A stretch of 64,000 nucleotides of DNA from a virus (Duplodnaviria; Caudoviricetes), in IMG/VR virus record IMGVR_UViG_3300023174_000037, one strand, 5' to 3'. Of this stretch, positions 19,601 through 28,419 are shown piece by piece (positions within the stretch are counted from its first letter, which is position 1; each line of letters opens with the position of its first letter). The notes under the pieces are model-generated. The model was given only the letters and a program-made list of their open reading frames with translations. It did not search any database and was not told the DNA's origin. The translations under genes were made by a program, and so were the position numbers.

Positions 19601-20889
19601 TAGTGATTCTTTTCTTCTTCATAGTAAGCAAACTGACCAAATGGTGGAACAATCGTAGTGGTGCCATGCATGATAAACACCGTGTCGCAATAGTTCTCAT
19701 CACCCCAACTACCGCAAGGATATCCGTCTGTGAACATGATATGACGCTTGGGTTCAATTTCATTTTCTTTGAAATAGCGGAACACACAATCAAAGTCGGT
19801 GCCGCCACCACCCATGACTTCATATTCTGTAATGTCGTCTAAGTTCTCACTGTCAAACTGTTGCGGATTATACACTTCAGTATCAAAGCTCACCACATGA
19901 ATACGATAGTTAGGGAACTGTTCCATAATACCAGCTACCTCACCCAGCACATCTTTCAGTATCTTTTCGCCCATTGAACCTGACGCATCAATACTGATAG
20001 CAATGTCAATCATTGGTTCCAGTTTCATACCCGGCATAACAGCATCCATGTGCCAACCTCTACGACTGCTACGCAACCAGGTATAGTCACTTTTGATAGT
20101 GCTCTCCAATTGCATACGAATAAGCTCACGCCAATTCATTTTAGGTGCAGTCATATCTTGGATGATGCGTTTGACACCAGCAGGCAAGTTACCAGCACCA
20201 TCACTTGCAGCCGCGGCCGCCAGCACTGCTTCTTTGATTTCGTCACGGATCTTTTGTTTTTCTTCTGCACTGTATTTGGGACGGCCTCGGCCTTTTTCTT
20301 TACCGTCGCCATCCTTGTCGCTACCTTCACCGTCACCTTCGCCATCCAAGTGCTCGTCCAGCATTTTTTCAATCAAACTGCCGATGTCAATCTTTTCAGC
20401 GTTCTCGTACAAGATATCATAGATTTCTTCTGAACTCATGTCTTGATACTTGGCATCGTACAGGCATGGTACCGTGGTAATAAACTCGCCTACACGATGT
20501 TTCTTCAAGTCAGCATTGACACAATAATCATTGGCAATGTTAAACAATTGCGGATCGCGATCGCCTCTGCGGCCAAAGTGATCATACACACAATGCAGGA
20601 CCTCGTGTCCAAACAAGAACTCAACCTCTTTGGGTTTGAGCATGTTGACAAACCGACTGTTATAGTAAAAATTACGGCCGTCTGTGGCGGCAGTAGGACA
20701 CCATTCGTCAGCATTTACCAACTTAAGACGGGTGGCCAAGTTGCCAAAGAAGCTGGCACGGAGTAGCAGGCCCACACGGGCAGTTATCAATTTTTCGCGA
20801 ATCTCGCGATCTAATTTAGGGTCCGTGGCACCCACTAAATTCTTAAATTTATCTGCTTCTTTTTTATTTGCTGTAGTGGCTGTGCTCAT
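19600..20889 (-). CDS. Metallopeptidase-VWA domain protein (DUF2201-type MoxR partner)
   Basis: TAATDG, HEVLH (HExxH), IDASGSM (MIDAS), GGGGTDF, FTDG. Confidence 0.9.
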   Translation of the reverse strand: MSTATTANKKEADKFKNLVGATDPKLDREIREKLITARVGLLLRASFFGNLATRLKLVNADEWCPTAATDGRNFYYNSRFVNMLKPKEVEFLFGHEVLHCVYDHFGRRGDRDPQLFNIANDYCVNADLKKHRVGEFITTVPCLYDAKYQDMSSEEIYDILYENAEKIDIGSLIEKMLDEHLDGEGDGEGSDKDGDGKEKGRGRPKYSAEEKQKIRDEIKEAVLAAAAASDGAGNLPAGVKRIIQDMTAPKMNWRELIRMQLESTIKSDYTWLRSSRRGWHMDAVMPGMKLEPMIDIAISIDASGSMGEKILKDVLGEVAGIMEQFPNYRIHVVSFDTEVYNPQQFDSENLDDITEYEVMGGGGTDFDCVFRYFKENEIEPKRHIMFTDGYPCGSWGDENYCDTVFIMHGTTTIVPPFGQFAYYEEEKNH

Positions 20890-20917
20890 AAGTGTCCTAA
20901 ATTTTTACTATACTAAT

Positions 20918-20946
20918 ATTATACAATAAAGGCCTTTTCCGGTCAA
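20918..20946 (-). promoter_or_regulatory. sigma70-type promoter
   Basis: TTGACC-17-TATAAT. Confidence 0.8.
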
Positions 20947-21377
20947 CCAGCAAGAATCTTGTAAATTCTACTGGCTAGCACCCGTTCTCTGCGCCATGCT
21001 TCCTGCTCCCAGGGCTGATCCCAATAACCTGCTTGGACCTTTTTACCCATCCAATAGAATGTGGGTTTTTCGCCACGGTATTTAACCTGCGTTTGACCCA
21101 GTGCAAATTGCTTGACATGCACCATTTCGTGACATAGGGTAGAGATCAATAACTCACTATCCAATGCAGAATCCAATAACATTATAATAGAAGTTGGAGT
21201 ATCTGGATCCAGTCCAACAACTCCACGCATACCGTCTCTTTTGACCAGTCCACGATCACTTCTGATAAGCAAATTAAAACGACTGCGAGTGAGTTTCAGT
21301 TCTGGAATCAATACTCGTACCAATGAATCAATTAGAGCTCGACGACCTTTACTACGACATACTATTTGGTACTGCAT
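20943..21377 (-). CDS. Zn metallopeptidase-like protein
   Basis: HEMVH (HExxH) and PWEQEA. Confidence 0.7.
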   Translation of the reverse strand: MQYQIVCRSKGRRALIDSLVRVLIPELKLTRSRFNLLIRSDRGLVKRDGMRGVVGLDPDTPTSIIMLLDSALDSELLISTLCHEMVHVKQFALGQTQVKYRGEKPTFYWMGKKVQAGYWDQPWEQEAWRRERVLASRIYKILAG

Positions 21378-21402
21378 TTACTTCCTTGGTGTTTAAGTTT
21401 AT

Positions 21403-21431
21403 ATTATACAATAAAGGACTTTCCTGGTCAA
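21403..21431 (-). promoter_or_regulatory. sigma70-type promoter
   Basis: TTGACC-17-TATAAT. Confidence 0.8.
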
Positions 21432-21434
21432 CCG

Positions 21435-21737
21435 CTAGGTGTTTAGGTATTTTAGTGCAAACCAAGTTTGCTGGGCTTCGTTGTAAAAATCAAGATGCAC
21501 TTGATCTTCATAATGATAACGATGTGTCCAACCTTCTTCTTTCATTGATTCCCATTCTATGGGATTGTGCGGAACTAGACCTTTATGATGTCTAACAGTA
21601 AATCCCAACTCTCGTTTGCATTTTGCAGATATAAGCATGATACTAATACCATATTCGTTCCTGAGTCGCTCGGCTAGGTCGTACCATTCATACGGTTTAT
21701 GGAATATGATCAAATTTTTCTTAACGGTTATTTTCAT
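21435..21737 (-). CDS. Hypothetical protein, LKW-motif family
   Basis: Ends FYNEAQQTWFALKYL. Confidence 0.75.
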   Translation of the reverse strand: MKITVKKNLIIFHKPYEWYDLAERLRNEYGISIMLISAKCKRELGFTVRHHKGLVPHNPIEWESMKEEGWTHRYHYEDQVHLDFYNEAQQTWFALKYLNT

Positions 21738-21945
21738 TGGGTAAACCTTTGACTAAATCGATAGCACGTTGAGCATACGTACCCATTCGACCGCCCTGAT
21801 CCATACGTGCTATATCTTCTAGTGCAGTCATCATAATTTCGGCCTCTTCGGCCATTTTAAAACAACGATTGCGTAGGTTGCCAGCTTCTATCCATGACAT
21901 ACACATAGATATAAACTTGGCAATTAGCACACTCCAGTTAATCAT
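21721..21945 (-). CDS. Hypothetical protein
   Basis: ORF in overlapping operon. Confidence 0.7.
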   Translation of the reverse strand: MINWSVLIAKFISMCMSWIEAGNLRNRCFKMAEEAEIMMTALEDIARMDQGGRMGTYAQRAIDLVKGLPNENNR

Positions 21946-22166
21946 AAAAATTTTAATCGAAACATCAGAGCGTCTCGCTCGTTAGCAAACCAATAACAAT
22001 CTTCGTGCGGCCCTTCTACAATCACCGCCATGGCAATATCTGGAAAGTCTTTCCACCAAGCAATATTCCATTCACCTATGTTGGCCAAACACCAAGGCTC
22101 GCACTCTTTATAATGAGTGTAAGTTTTGACAGGAATAGTCAAGTGTGGATTTCGATCTATGGCCAT
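21942..22166 (-). CDS. Hypothetical protein, LKW-motif family
   Basis: PWCLANIG...W; ends FANERDALMFRLKFL. Confidence 0.75.
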   Translation of the reverse strand: MAIDRNPHLTIPVKTYTHYKECEPWCLANIGEWNIAWWKDFPDIAMAVIVEGPHEDCYWFANERDALMFRLKFL

Positions 22167-22414
22167 TACTTAAACCGCAATCTAAACAAGGTAGCATCCG
22201 CAGGATCAATAAAATAAAAAGCCGATACTTCATCAAAATACACACTGACATCGGTAGTTTCTACCAACTCTGACCAGACCAAACTTAGGTTCTGTTCTCG
22301 GCAATACCGCTTCATTTGCCACATCCTAAATGCAGGATCTCCAATCAATACCTGATGGCATTGGCTCAGCACTTCTTCAGGAGGTCTAGGTAGTGTCCAG
22401 TTATTGGTATGCAT
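22166..22414 (-). CDS. Hypothetical protein, LKW-motif family
   Basis: Ends FIDPADATLFRLRFK. Confidence 0.75.
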   Translation of the reverse strand: MHTNNWTLPRPPEEVLSQCHQVLIGDPAFRMWQMKRYCREQNLSLVWSELVETTDVSVYFDEVSAFYFIDPADATLFRLRFK

Positions 22415-22695
22415 TATTGTCCAAACTTCAATAGGAATACAGTGTATTTCTTTTCATCCACTACTACATAATCAAGATCGATGCCACCCAGCTTGTGATT
22501 TACAGTGAGCTTGACACCGTAGTATTCTCGCATGTAGTCTTCAAAGGTAAGGAATCCTTGGCCTATTGGAACGGCCTCAGCCAACTGATCCCATTCTTTT
22601 TTAGCCTGTTGTAGTCGTGCAAAATTTTGGGTATCGCCGCCAATGACAGTGTCTAAACGAGCCGCGGTGTTGCGATAGTATTCGTCTTTACTCAT
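22414..22695 (-). CDS. Hypothetical protein, LKW-motif family
   Basis: Ends VVDEKKYTVFLLKFGQ. Confidence 0.75.
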   Translation of the reverse strand: MSKDEYYRNTAARLDTVIGGDTQNFARLQQAKKEWDQLAEAVPIGQGFLTFEDYMREYYGVKLTVNHKLGGIDLDYVVVDEKKYTVFLLKFGQ

Positions 22696-23096
22696 AAACT
22701 TAGATAATCTATTGCTGTCTTTAAACGGTCAATATCATCGTTAAAATTACCAATTGCTCTGTTGCAATCGTGACACAACCAACCACGAAATTGGTTAGTA
22801 TCGTGATCATGATCACAACACCAAGTGCCTGATTTTTTTCCGCCACGGCCACGAACCTGTTCTTCCGTTCTTTTACAAATTGGACATGCATGATTCACCG
22901 GTACAGGCGGAGCAGTTTCTTTGATCAGTTTACGCACTCGTCCTAGTTCTTTTTCACAGGCACGGCATTCAGATCTTAGATAGTTGCCACCGCTGGCCTT
23001 ACAAAAACTTCCTAACGGCAAGTCTTGGTCGCAGATTCTACAAACTTTGGTTTCGTCGTCAAGACCATCAAATAGTTGAGCAATATTATTCATCAT
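22692..23096 (-). CDS. Endonuclease VII-type (His-Me finger) nuclease with N-terminal Zn finger
   Basis: CPIC...DHDH.T..FRGWLCHDCNRAIG; N-terminal CRIC and CRAC. Confidence 0.88.
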   Translation of the reverse strand: MMNNIAQLFDGLDDETKVCRICDQDLPLGSFCKASGGNYLRSECRACEKELGRVRKLIKETAPPVPVNHACPICKRTEEQVRGRGGKKSGTWCCDHDHDTNQFRGWLCHDCNRAIGNFNDDIDRLKTAIDYLSL

Positions 23097-23376
23097 CCCA
23101 CCACTTGATTACTTTTGCTTTGAGTTTGACTAATGTAAACTCGCGTGGATCTACCCACCGATGTCCATGCCACGCTGGATGCACTTGATATACACCGTTA
23201 CGATTCTCCAACCATACACGACTGCTACGGGCTACAAACTCGTCGTGTGTTTTAAAACACATCTTACCGTTGTCCGCAGGGCTACAATTGGCCATGCACC
23301 AATAACGCCATTTGTCGCCAAAAACTGTAACTTCGTATTTAGGATCTATTTCGTAATAGTAATCCATTATCCCCAC
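23086..23376 (-). CDS. Hypothetical protein
   Basis: ORF in operon. Confidence 0.7.
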   Translation of the reverse strand: MGIMDYYYEIDPKYEVTVFGDKWRYWCMANCSPADNGKMCFKTHDEFVARSSRVWLENRNGVYQVHPAWHGHRWVDPREFTLVKLKAKVIKWWDDE

Positions 23377-23537
23377 CTCAACATAAACAACACATAATCA
23401 CTGTCTAACTCAAACTCAAACACACCTTCTGAGATAAACAACCAAGGTCCTTCACAAGTTTGGCTACACCAATCAATGCAAGGTTGCCAACCTTGATATG
23501 GTGTCTTGTTCGGTGGCATGATACTGGCTATTTTCAT
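23367..23537 (-). CDS. Hypothetical protein, 56 aa, LKW-motif family
   Basis: Hand-translated; IDWCSQT...FEFELDSDYVVFMLRWG. Confidence 0.7.
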   Translation of the reverse strand: MKIASIMPPNKTPYQGWQPCIDWCSQTCEGPWLFISEGVFEFELDSDYVLFMLRWG

Positions 23538-25051
23538 TTAAGCACTAATAACCTGGCCTGTTCTAGTTCTGGAATGTAATTGCCTAATTGACTTCCTCTA
23601 GCTTGATCTAATTGATCATTGTATCGAAAAAATTCAATAAGAATGTTAGGGTCATAATCGTAATTTTTAAATCGATCAATAATTTCATTTATAACATAAC
23701 TGGTATTTCTTCCGCCGTTGTAATAAACTTTAGTCTCTCGGCAACGATACATTGATTCTAACACTTGTTCTCGCAATGGATTATGCCAGGGTCCTAGATA
23801 TGATCCTACACCGCCTGCAGGTTGAACTAGACTATTACATTTAGGAAAATCTCTATCATAAAATTCGTAAATTTCATGAACACGGGTAGCATTCCACATA
23901 CTAATTACTGTTTGAAATCCTATAGTATGCCCTTGTTCTAGTATACGGAAGCAATTGTCTCGCATGGTATCAAAGTTGCTGCCCCATCTAACGTAGTCAT
24001 TAATCTTTTTGTAACCATCAAAACTTACGCTAAATGTTACACTGGGAAATTCCTTCAAGAGGTCTAACAAGGTATTACTGATTTTTTGTGCATTGGTTCC
24101 GATGTTTAAGTCAAATTCAGTTTGATTTTGTTTGATACAGCGTCTTAGGAACGCATAAAACTCAGGAAAAATAGTAGGTTCTCCTCCTGCCCAGTATATA
24201 CGTTTTACAGTATCAAAATCAATTTTATCATATGGAAACTCTTGGAAATTCCAATTGTCTGTGACCACTGGAATACCGAGTCGTATATTTTCTTCTTCAA
24301 TCAGATGACTGTGCTTGTCATCGCACATGCGGCACATTATATTACACTTATTACTAGGACGTATTTCATAATTAACAGGATATTTTATATTTTTTAAATC
24401 TTCCTTGTCAGTTAATCTGAGATCTACGGCCCATTCTAAAGATTCAAATTGTCTAGCACTTTCACCGTTGTGTTCTTCTCGTTCATAGCAGATGTTGCAT
24501 TTCTCTGGCATTTGAATTCCAGACAACATGTTATTTCTGATAGGAGCAAAAGCCGAGTCGGTTGACCAATCTTCAATTAGATCAATTTTGGTTACAGGAT
24601 CTGGGCATTTCGGGCACATAACTGCTGATCCGTAATCGTTTATTAAATTTAAAAAAGGCAATGCACACAATGCCTTATTGGTCCTTAGTAAATTATACCA
24701 ATACAAGATATCCTTGTTACTGCTATTGTTTTTGAATACAGTGTTATATCCTTTTTCCTCTAGTTCTATCATGAGTCTAAAGGTGTTTACAAATGATTTC
24801 CAATGTGGATACAAATCTACGCTTAGATCCAACATTACAATTGAATCAAATTTTGGCGCAAGGTTAAGAACAATATCACCGGGTGAAACATCGGCTATGC
24901 TAGTATGGTAATAACCGAATTCATTAATGGAAAAATTATCAGAAGATATCAATCCGTGATTGGTGGTTGCATCCTTGGCAGCAAGTGTGCTGGTCAGTTG
25001 GTCTGTTAGTTCTGTTTCATTACCGATACATAAGATTTTTTTATTAAACAT
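23534..25051 (-). CDS. Radical SAM protein with extra N-terminal domain and Twitch-like segment
   Basis: CNIMCRMC, AGGEP, CALPF...CNIC. Confidence 0.88.
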   Translation of the reverse strand: MFNKKILCIGNETELTDQLTSTLAAKDATTNHGLISSDNFSINEFGYYHTSIADVSPGDIVLNLAPKFDSIVMLDLSVDLYPHWKSFVNTFRLMIELEEKGYNTVFKNNSSNKDILYWYNLLRTNKALCALPFLNLINDYGSAVMCPKCPDPVTKIDLIEDWSTDSAFAPIRNNMLSGIQMPEKCNICYEREEHNGESARQFESLEWAVDLRLTDKEDLKNIKYPVNYEIRPSNKCNIMCRMCDDKHSHLIEEENIRLGIPVVTDNWNFQEFPYDKIDFDTVKRIYWAGGEPTIFPEFYAFLRRCIKQNQTEFDLNIGTNAQKISNTLLDLLKEFPSVTFSVSFDGYKKINDYVRWGSNFDTMRDNCFRILEQGHTIGFQTVISMWNATRVHEIYEFYDRDFPKCNSLVQPAGGVGSYLGPWHNPLREQVLESMYRCRETKVYYNGGRNTSYVINEIIDRFKNYDYDPNILIEFFRYNDQLDQARGSQLGNYIPELEQARLLVLK

Positions 25052-25063
25052 AGATTATTATAC

Positions 25064-25393
25064 TTATAGTGGATCACCGTAGCGTATTTTAAACCACGAC
25101 AATTCTTCATCACCTCTTAGGTAGATTTTGTGTAACTTCCAATTAATAGTAAATGCCCAATATGGGTTGATATCGTGTTGATCTTTTTTTATATCTTCGG
25201 TGTATCCATATGTTTCGCTCATCCACTTTCTTACATCGTGAAAGTCCAATACTCGTCCTATATCAATGATATATTTAAAATGGTCATTTGGTATGGTATC
25301 TTCTAAGGTATATCTCATTGCTTTACTTGCCGCGGCCATTTCTGCCATAACCTGGTCGTGGACTTCTTTCCAGTAGTCGTATTGTGTTTTCAC
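25064..25393 (-). CDS. Hypothetical protein, LKW-motif family
   Basis: RKWMSETYG; ends YLRGDEELSWFKIRYG. Confidence 0.7.
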   Translation of the reverse strand: MKTQYDYWKEVHDQVMAEMAAASKAMRYTLEDTIPNDHFKYIIDIGRVLDFHDVRKWMSETYGYTEDIKKDQHDINPYWAFTINWKLHKIYLRGDEELSWFKIRYGDPL

Positions 25394-25472
25394 GATTGCC
25401 CCTTATAAAAGGCAGGAGGGCAGTGCGAACACAGCCCGTGTTATAAGATAACACCACCCTCCTTAGACCATC

Positions 25473-26561
25473 TTACTTGTCGCTGGCTTGCAAAATATAC
25501 TTGCCATAACGCTGATGGAACTCGTCGAAGTTCTTCAGCTTGGTAGGTTGGAACGGTAAGTTGTATGTGGTAAGTGCAATACGGGCACCCATCACAACCA
25601 ACTCAGTTTCAAAGTTCTTCATCATATAAGCAAAGAAGTTATCTGCCATCTCATGGAACTGTTTATCCGACACCTTGCGTTCAATGGCACCTTTGAGCTC
25701 GTAGCACATACTAATCACTAAACTATACATGGCCGATACTTCTTTGACATTCAGTTCTTTTTCCTTGCCAGCTAAGATGTCTTCGGGCTTGGGCATACGA
25801 CCTGCAATCTTACGATGGGCCATAAACTTAACAGCAAGTCCTTCGCCTACAGTACCAGCAATCAGGTTCATAATTGTATCGTCATCGCCTTCTTCGTCTT
25901 CTAGCAATTCTGACACAAAGGTCCAGGTACGTGGTGTAGCAAAGGCACGGCTTGCTGACTTGGCATCAAAGTCATACAAGTCTTGCTTGGCAAAACTCAA
26001 ATAACCAACCACGTCTTTGTGGATGTTCTTGTTTACAGCCCACTCTTGCCAAGGACCGAACTCGACCTTCATCTCTTGGTGGATGAAACGATTTGCCAGT
26101 GGTGTCGGCATACGATATGTAACACCTTTATCGCTTTCACGATTACCTGCGGCAACTAGAACTACATTCTTAGGCATGTGATACTTGCCAATACGACGGT
26201 TAAGAATTAGTTGATAAGCCGCGGCTTGAACACTGGGTGCGGCACTATTAAGTTCATCCAAGAATAGGACTACAATAGGATACTGGCTGGCAAGTTCTTC
26301 GTCAGGCAGTTCAATTGGCGGAGCCCAATCCATCTTGCCAATTTCTTTATTGTAAAAAGGAATGCCACGAATGTCTGTGGGCTCCATCTGACCCAACCGT
26401 AGATCGATCATATAACCGCCCAGTTCTTCGGTAATGTCTGCTACTAGCTCACTTTTACCAATGCCGGGGGGACCCCACAGGAATAGTGGGCGTTGTTTTT
26501 TAAATGCTTTGAGCAAACTCTTGCGAGCTTGAATTGATGTTACTGTTCTTGTTTCTGACAT
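25473..26561 (-). CDS. MoxR-type AAA+ ATPase
   Basis: GPPGIGKS Walker A, LFLDE Walker B, AAGNR, PLANRF. Confidence 0.93.
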   Translation of the reverse strand: MSETRTVTSIQARKSLLKAFKKQRPLFLWGPPGIGKSELVADITEELGGYMIDLRLGQMEPTDIRGIPFYNKEIGKMDWAPPIELPDEELASQYPIVVLFLDELNSAAPSVQAAAYQLILNRRIGKYHMPKNVVLVAAGNRESDKGVTYRMPTPLANRFIHQEMKVEFGPWQEWAVNKNIHKDVVGYLSFAKQDLYDFDAKSASRAFATPRTWTFVSELLEDEEGDDDTIMNLIAGTVGEGLAVKFMAHRKIAGRMPKPEDILAGKEKELNVKEVSAMYSLVISMCYELKGAIERKVSDKQFHEMADNFFAYMMKNFETELVVMGARIALTTYNLPFQPTKLKNFDEFHQRYGKYILQASDK

Positions 26562-26603
26562 GGCTGTGTCCTTAGGTTACGGTTAAAAAATTACTATATG
26601 TTT

Positions 26604-26632
26604 ATTGTATATTAAACAGACTTCTGCGTCAA
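26604..26632 (-). promoter_or_regulatory. sigma70-type promoter
   Basis: TTGACG-17-TACAAT. Confidence 0.7.
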
Positions 26633-26821
26633 TCGGTCAATGATCTGTTGTTGTAAAATCGCAACATCTTCGCGGTCTACATAGAAATCAGTGCGTGGGT
26701 CATAATACTCACCTGCTTTGGAATCGTAATACAAGACAGCACCACTAGGGTAGTGAAACGGGCCTTCCAGTCCCTTGCGGGGACCGTATTCTTGATTATG
26801 CTTGAAAACGGTATAGGCCAA
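26612..26821 (-). CDS. Hypothetical protein (start uncertain, possible TTG)
   Basis: LEGPF...YYD..AGEYYDP.TDFY segment. Confidence 0.6.
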   Translation of the reverse strand: MAYTVFKHNQEYGPRKGLEGPFHYPSGAVLYYDSKAGEYYDPRTDFYVDREDVAILQQQIIDRLTQKSV

Positions 26822-26822
26822 T

Positions 26823-27089
26823 TTAAACTTCCATTTCGTAGAATGTAACAGTAGGATCAATGCTGAGCAATTCTTCGGCACAACGGGTTAAACGGCGCAT
26901 CTTGTCACGTACCATTGCAGGAGGCAATTCACCATCACATGTAAGATTTTCAGGACTCATGTCGCTGTCAATACTGTTGGCAATTGTCTGGCGGTCCTTG
27001 GCGTTGAGCAAGCTCAATTCCTTTCCTTTAAAGATTCGAGTCCACTGATTCTTCTGTGCCACATAGGCTTCTAGTGTGCTGATATTCAT
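26823..27089 (-). CDS. Hypothetical protein
   Basis: ORF with RBS AGGAG downstream of a promoter. Confidence 0.8.
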   Translation of the reverse strand: MNISTLEAYVAQKNQWTRIFKGKELSLLNAKDRQTIANSIDSDMSPENLTCDGELPPAMVRDKMRRLTRCAEELLSIDPTVTFYEMEV

Positions 27090-27118
27090 CTGTGCTCCTT
27101 TTTAGTTTCTATACAAGT

Positions 27119-27147
27119 ATTATAGCAAAATGGGCATTTCTGGTCAA
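27119..27147 (-). promoter_or_regulatory. sigma70-type promoter
   Basis: TTGACC-17-TATAAT. Confidence 0.8.
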
Positions 27148-27377
27148 CCAAATGCTTTGACTAGACCCGTAAGCCCAATTGCCAGTGCTACAATGTTCAC
27201 TAGCAACTGTGGTTTATTTGCAACACGGATTGACCAGGCCATAAACAGAATTGTGCCTAAAAAGAAGGCAAGGATATTGTAAGGGTAGGCCGCTGGGCCC
27301 ACGGCGTTGAGACTGTGACCTGCTATAATAAACACGGCCCCGGTCCACTGTAGTATTTCATTGATTTCTAACTTCAT
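27144..27377 (-). CDS. Small membrane protein (three hydrophobic segments), probably on a leaderless mRNA
   Basis: Second ATG lies at the expected transcription start of the 27384-27412 promoter. Confidence 0.7.
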   Translation of the reverse strand: MKLEINEILQWTGAVFIIAGHSLNAVGPAAYPYNILAFFLGTILFMAWSIRVANKPQLLVNIVALAIGLTGLVKAFG

Positions 27378-27383
27378 ACCCAT

Positions 27384-27412
27384 ATTATAGCAAAATAGGT
27401 ATTTCGGGTCAA
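27384..27412 (-). promoter_or_regulatory. sigma70-type promoter
   Basis: TTGACC-17-TATAAT. Confidence 0.8.
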
Positions 27413-27421
27413 CCGCAAAAA

Positions 27422-27439
27422 GTAATACTCAAGTATTAC
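27422..27439. promoter_or_regulatory. Palindromic operator-like site, copy 1
   Basis: GTAATAC-TCAA-GTATTAC, 9 nt upstream of a -35 box. Confidence 0.55.
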
Positions 27440-28419
27440 AGTTTAACAAAGTGCTTCTCTTCAAGATTTCTGTATAGCGGTTTCATGTGCGAGCTAAAAG
27501 ATAGGGCATCTCTGAATCGTTGATTGGCTGGACTACATGCATCAACCCAGCGACTATCACCGATCTGTAAAATCAGACTGATAATTTCTAACAAGATATT
27601 CTTACTCTGTGTATATTGTGTATTTCTACGATGCCAAAAATTGTCCGACGGTGTGACAGTATGCACTGATGCCAGATTGTCTTGCCACATCATCAACAAT
27701 GCTGAAACAGACAATCCTAATTTCTTATAATCATAATCAACATTGATATTGGTGTGTTTAATATATTCTCCAAGATCTTGATACAACGACATTACAATTC
27801 CGAGATAGTTGGTTACAAAACAATAGTCACTCATATTAGTGATATGGAAAAATTCTGGAGAATTCTCGTGATATTTTCTATAACCTAAGATACTATTAAC
27901 TGGCAACTCATAACGGTCTAGAGTAATTGATCCTGGCCGTGCAATTTGCATACCAATTGGTGTAGTGTAACTCATGTCAATGGCAGGCCCGGCCTCTGCA
28001 AAGTCAATCATTACATAAGCTTCGGTGTCATCTACTGGTACACGAAAAATTCCAAAGTCGGCACGATCCACTAGAGAAATCCATTGCTTGGTTCCTGACA
28101 CTACGTTACCATCCAACCGCATTGAGTCGGCCGCTTTGAAATTGCTAAAACATCCAATTTGATTTTCATATGTAGGATCGTAAAACTCTGGCAACTGATT
28201 TTGAAACTTGGTTTCAATATGTAAACGTGGATAATGGTTGTGTTGAACACAATGAGCAATACTGAGATCATATTTGGCCAAGGTCAACAAATTATGAAAC
28301 CACTGCTCGCGTTTGGTTGTAGTTGATCGAGCAATATTCAAATCAAAGTAAGGCTTTAACTTTTTTAAAGTGTCTCGATTAAAATCAGTTACATCAGTTT
28401 GTATTAACGTTTCTATCAT
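27436..28419 (-). CDS. Divergent acyl-CoA dehydrogenase-fold protein
   Basis: DLSIAHCVQHN, VSGTKQWIS...ADF, PIGM...G.I; resemblance judged by eye. Confidence 0.5.
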   Translation of the reverse strand: MIETLIQTDVTDFNRDTLKKLKPYFDLNIARSTTTKREQWFHNLLTLAKYDLSIAHCVQHNHYPRLHIETKFQNQLPEFYDPTYENQIGCFSNFKAADSMRLDGNVVSGTKQWISLVDRADFGIFRVPVDDTEAYVMIDFAEAGPAIDMSYTTPIGMQIARPGSITLDRYELPVNSILGYRKYHENSPEFFHITNMSDYCFVTNYLGIVMSLYQDLGEYIKHTNINVDYDYKKLGLSVSALLMMWQDNLASVHTVTPSDNFWHRRNTQYTQSKNILLEIISLILQIGDSRWVDACSPANQRFRDALSFSSHMKPLYRNLEEKHFVKL

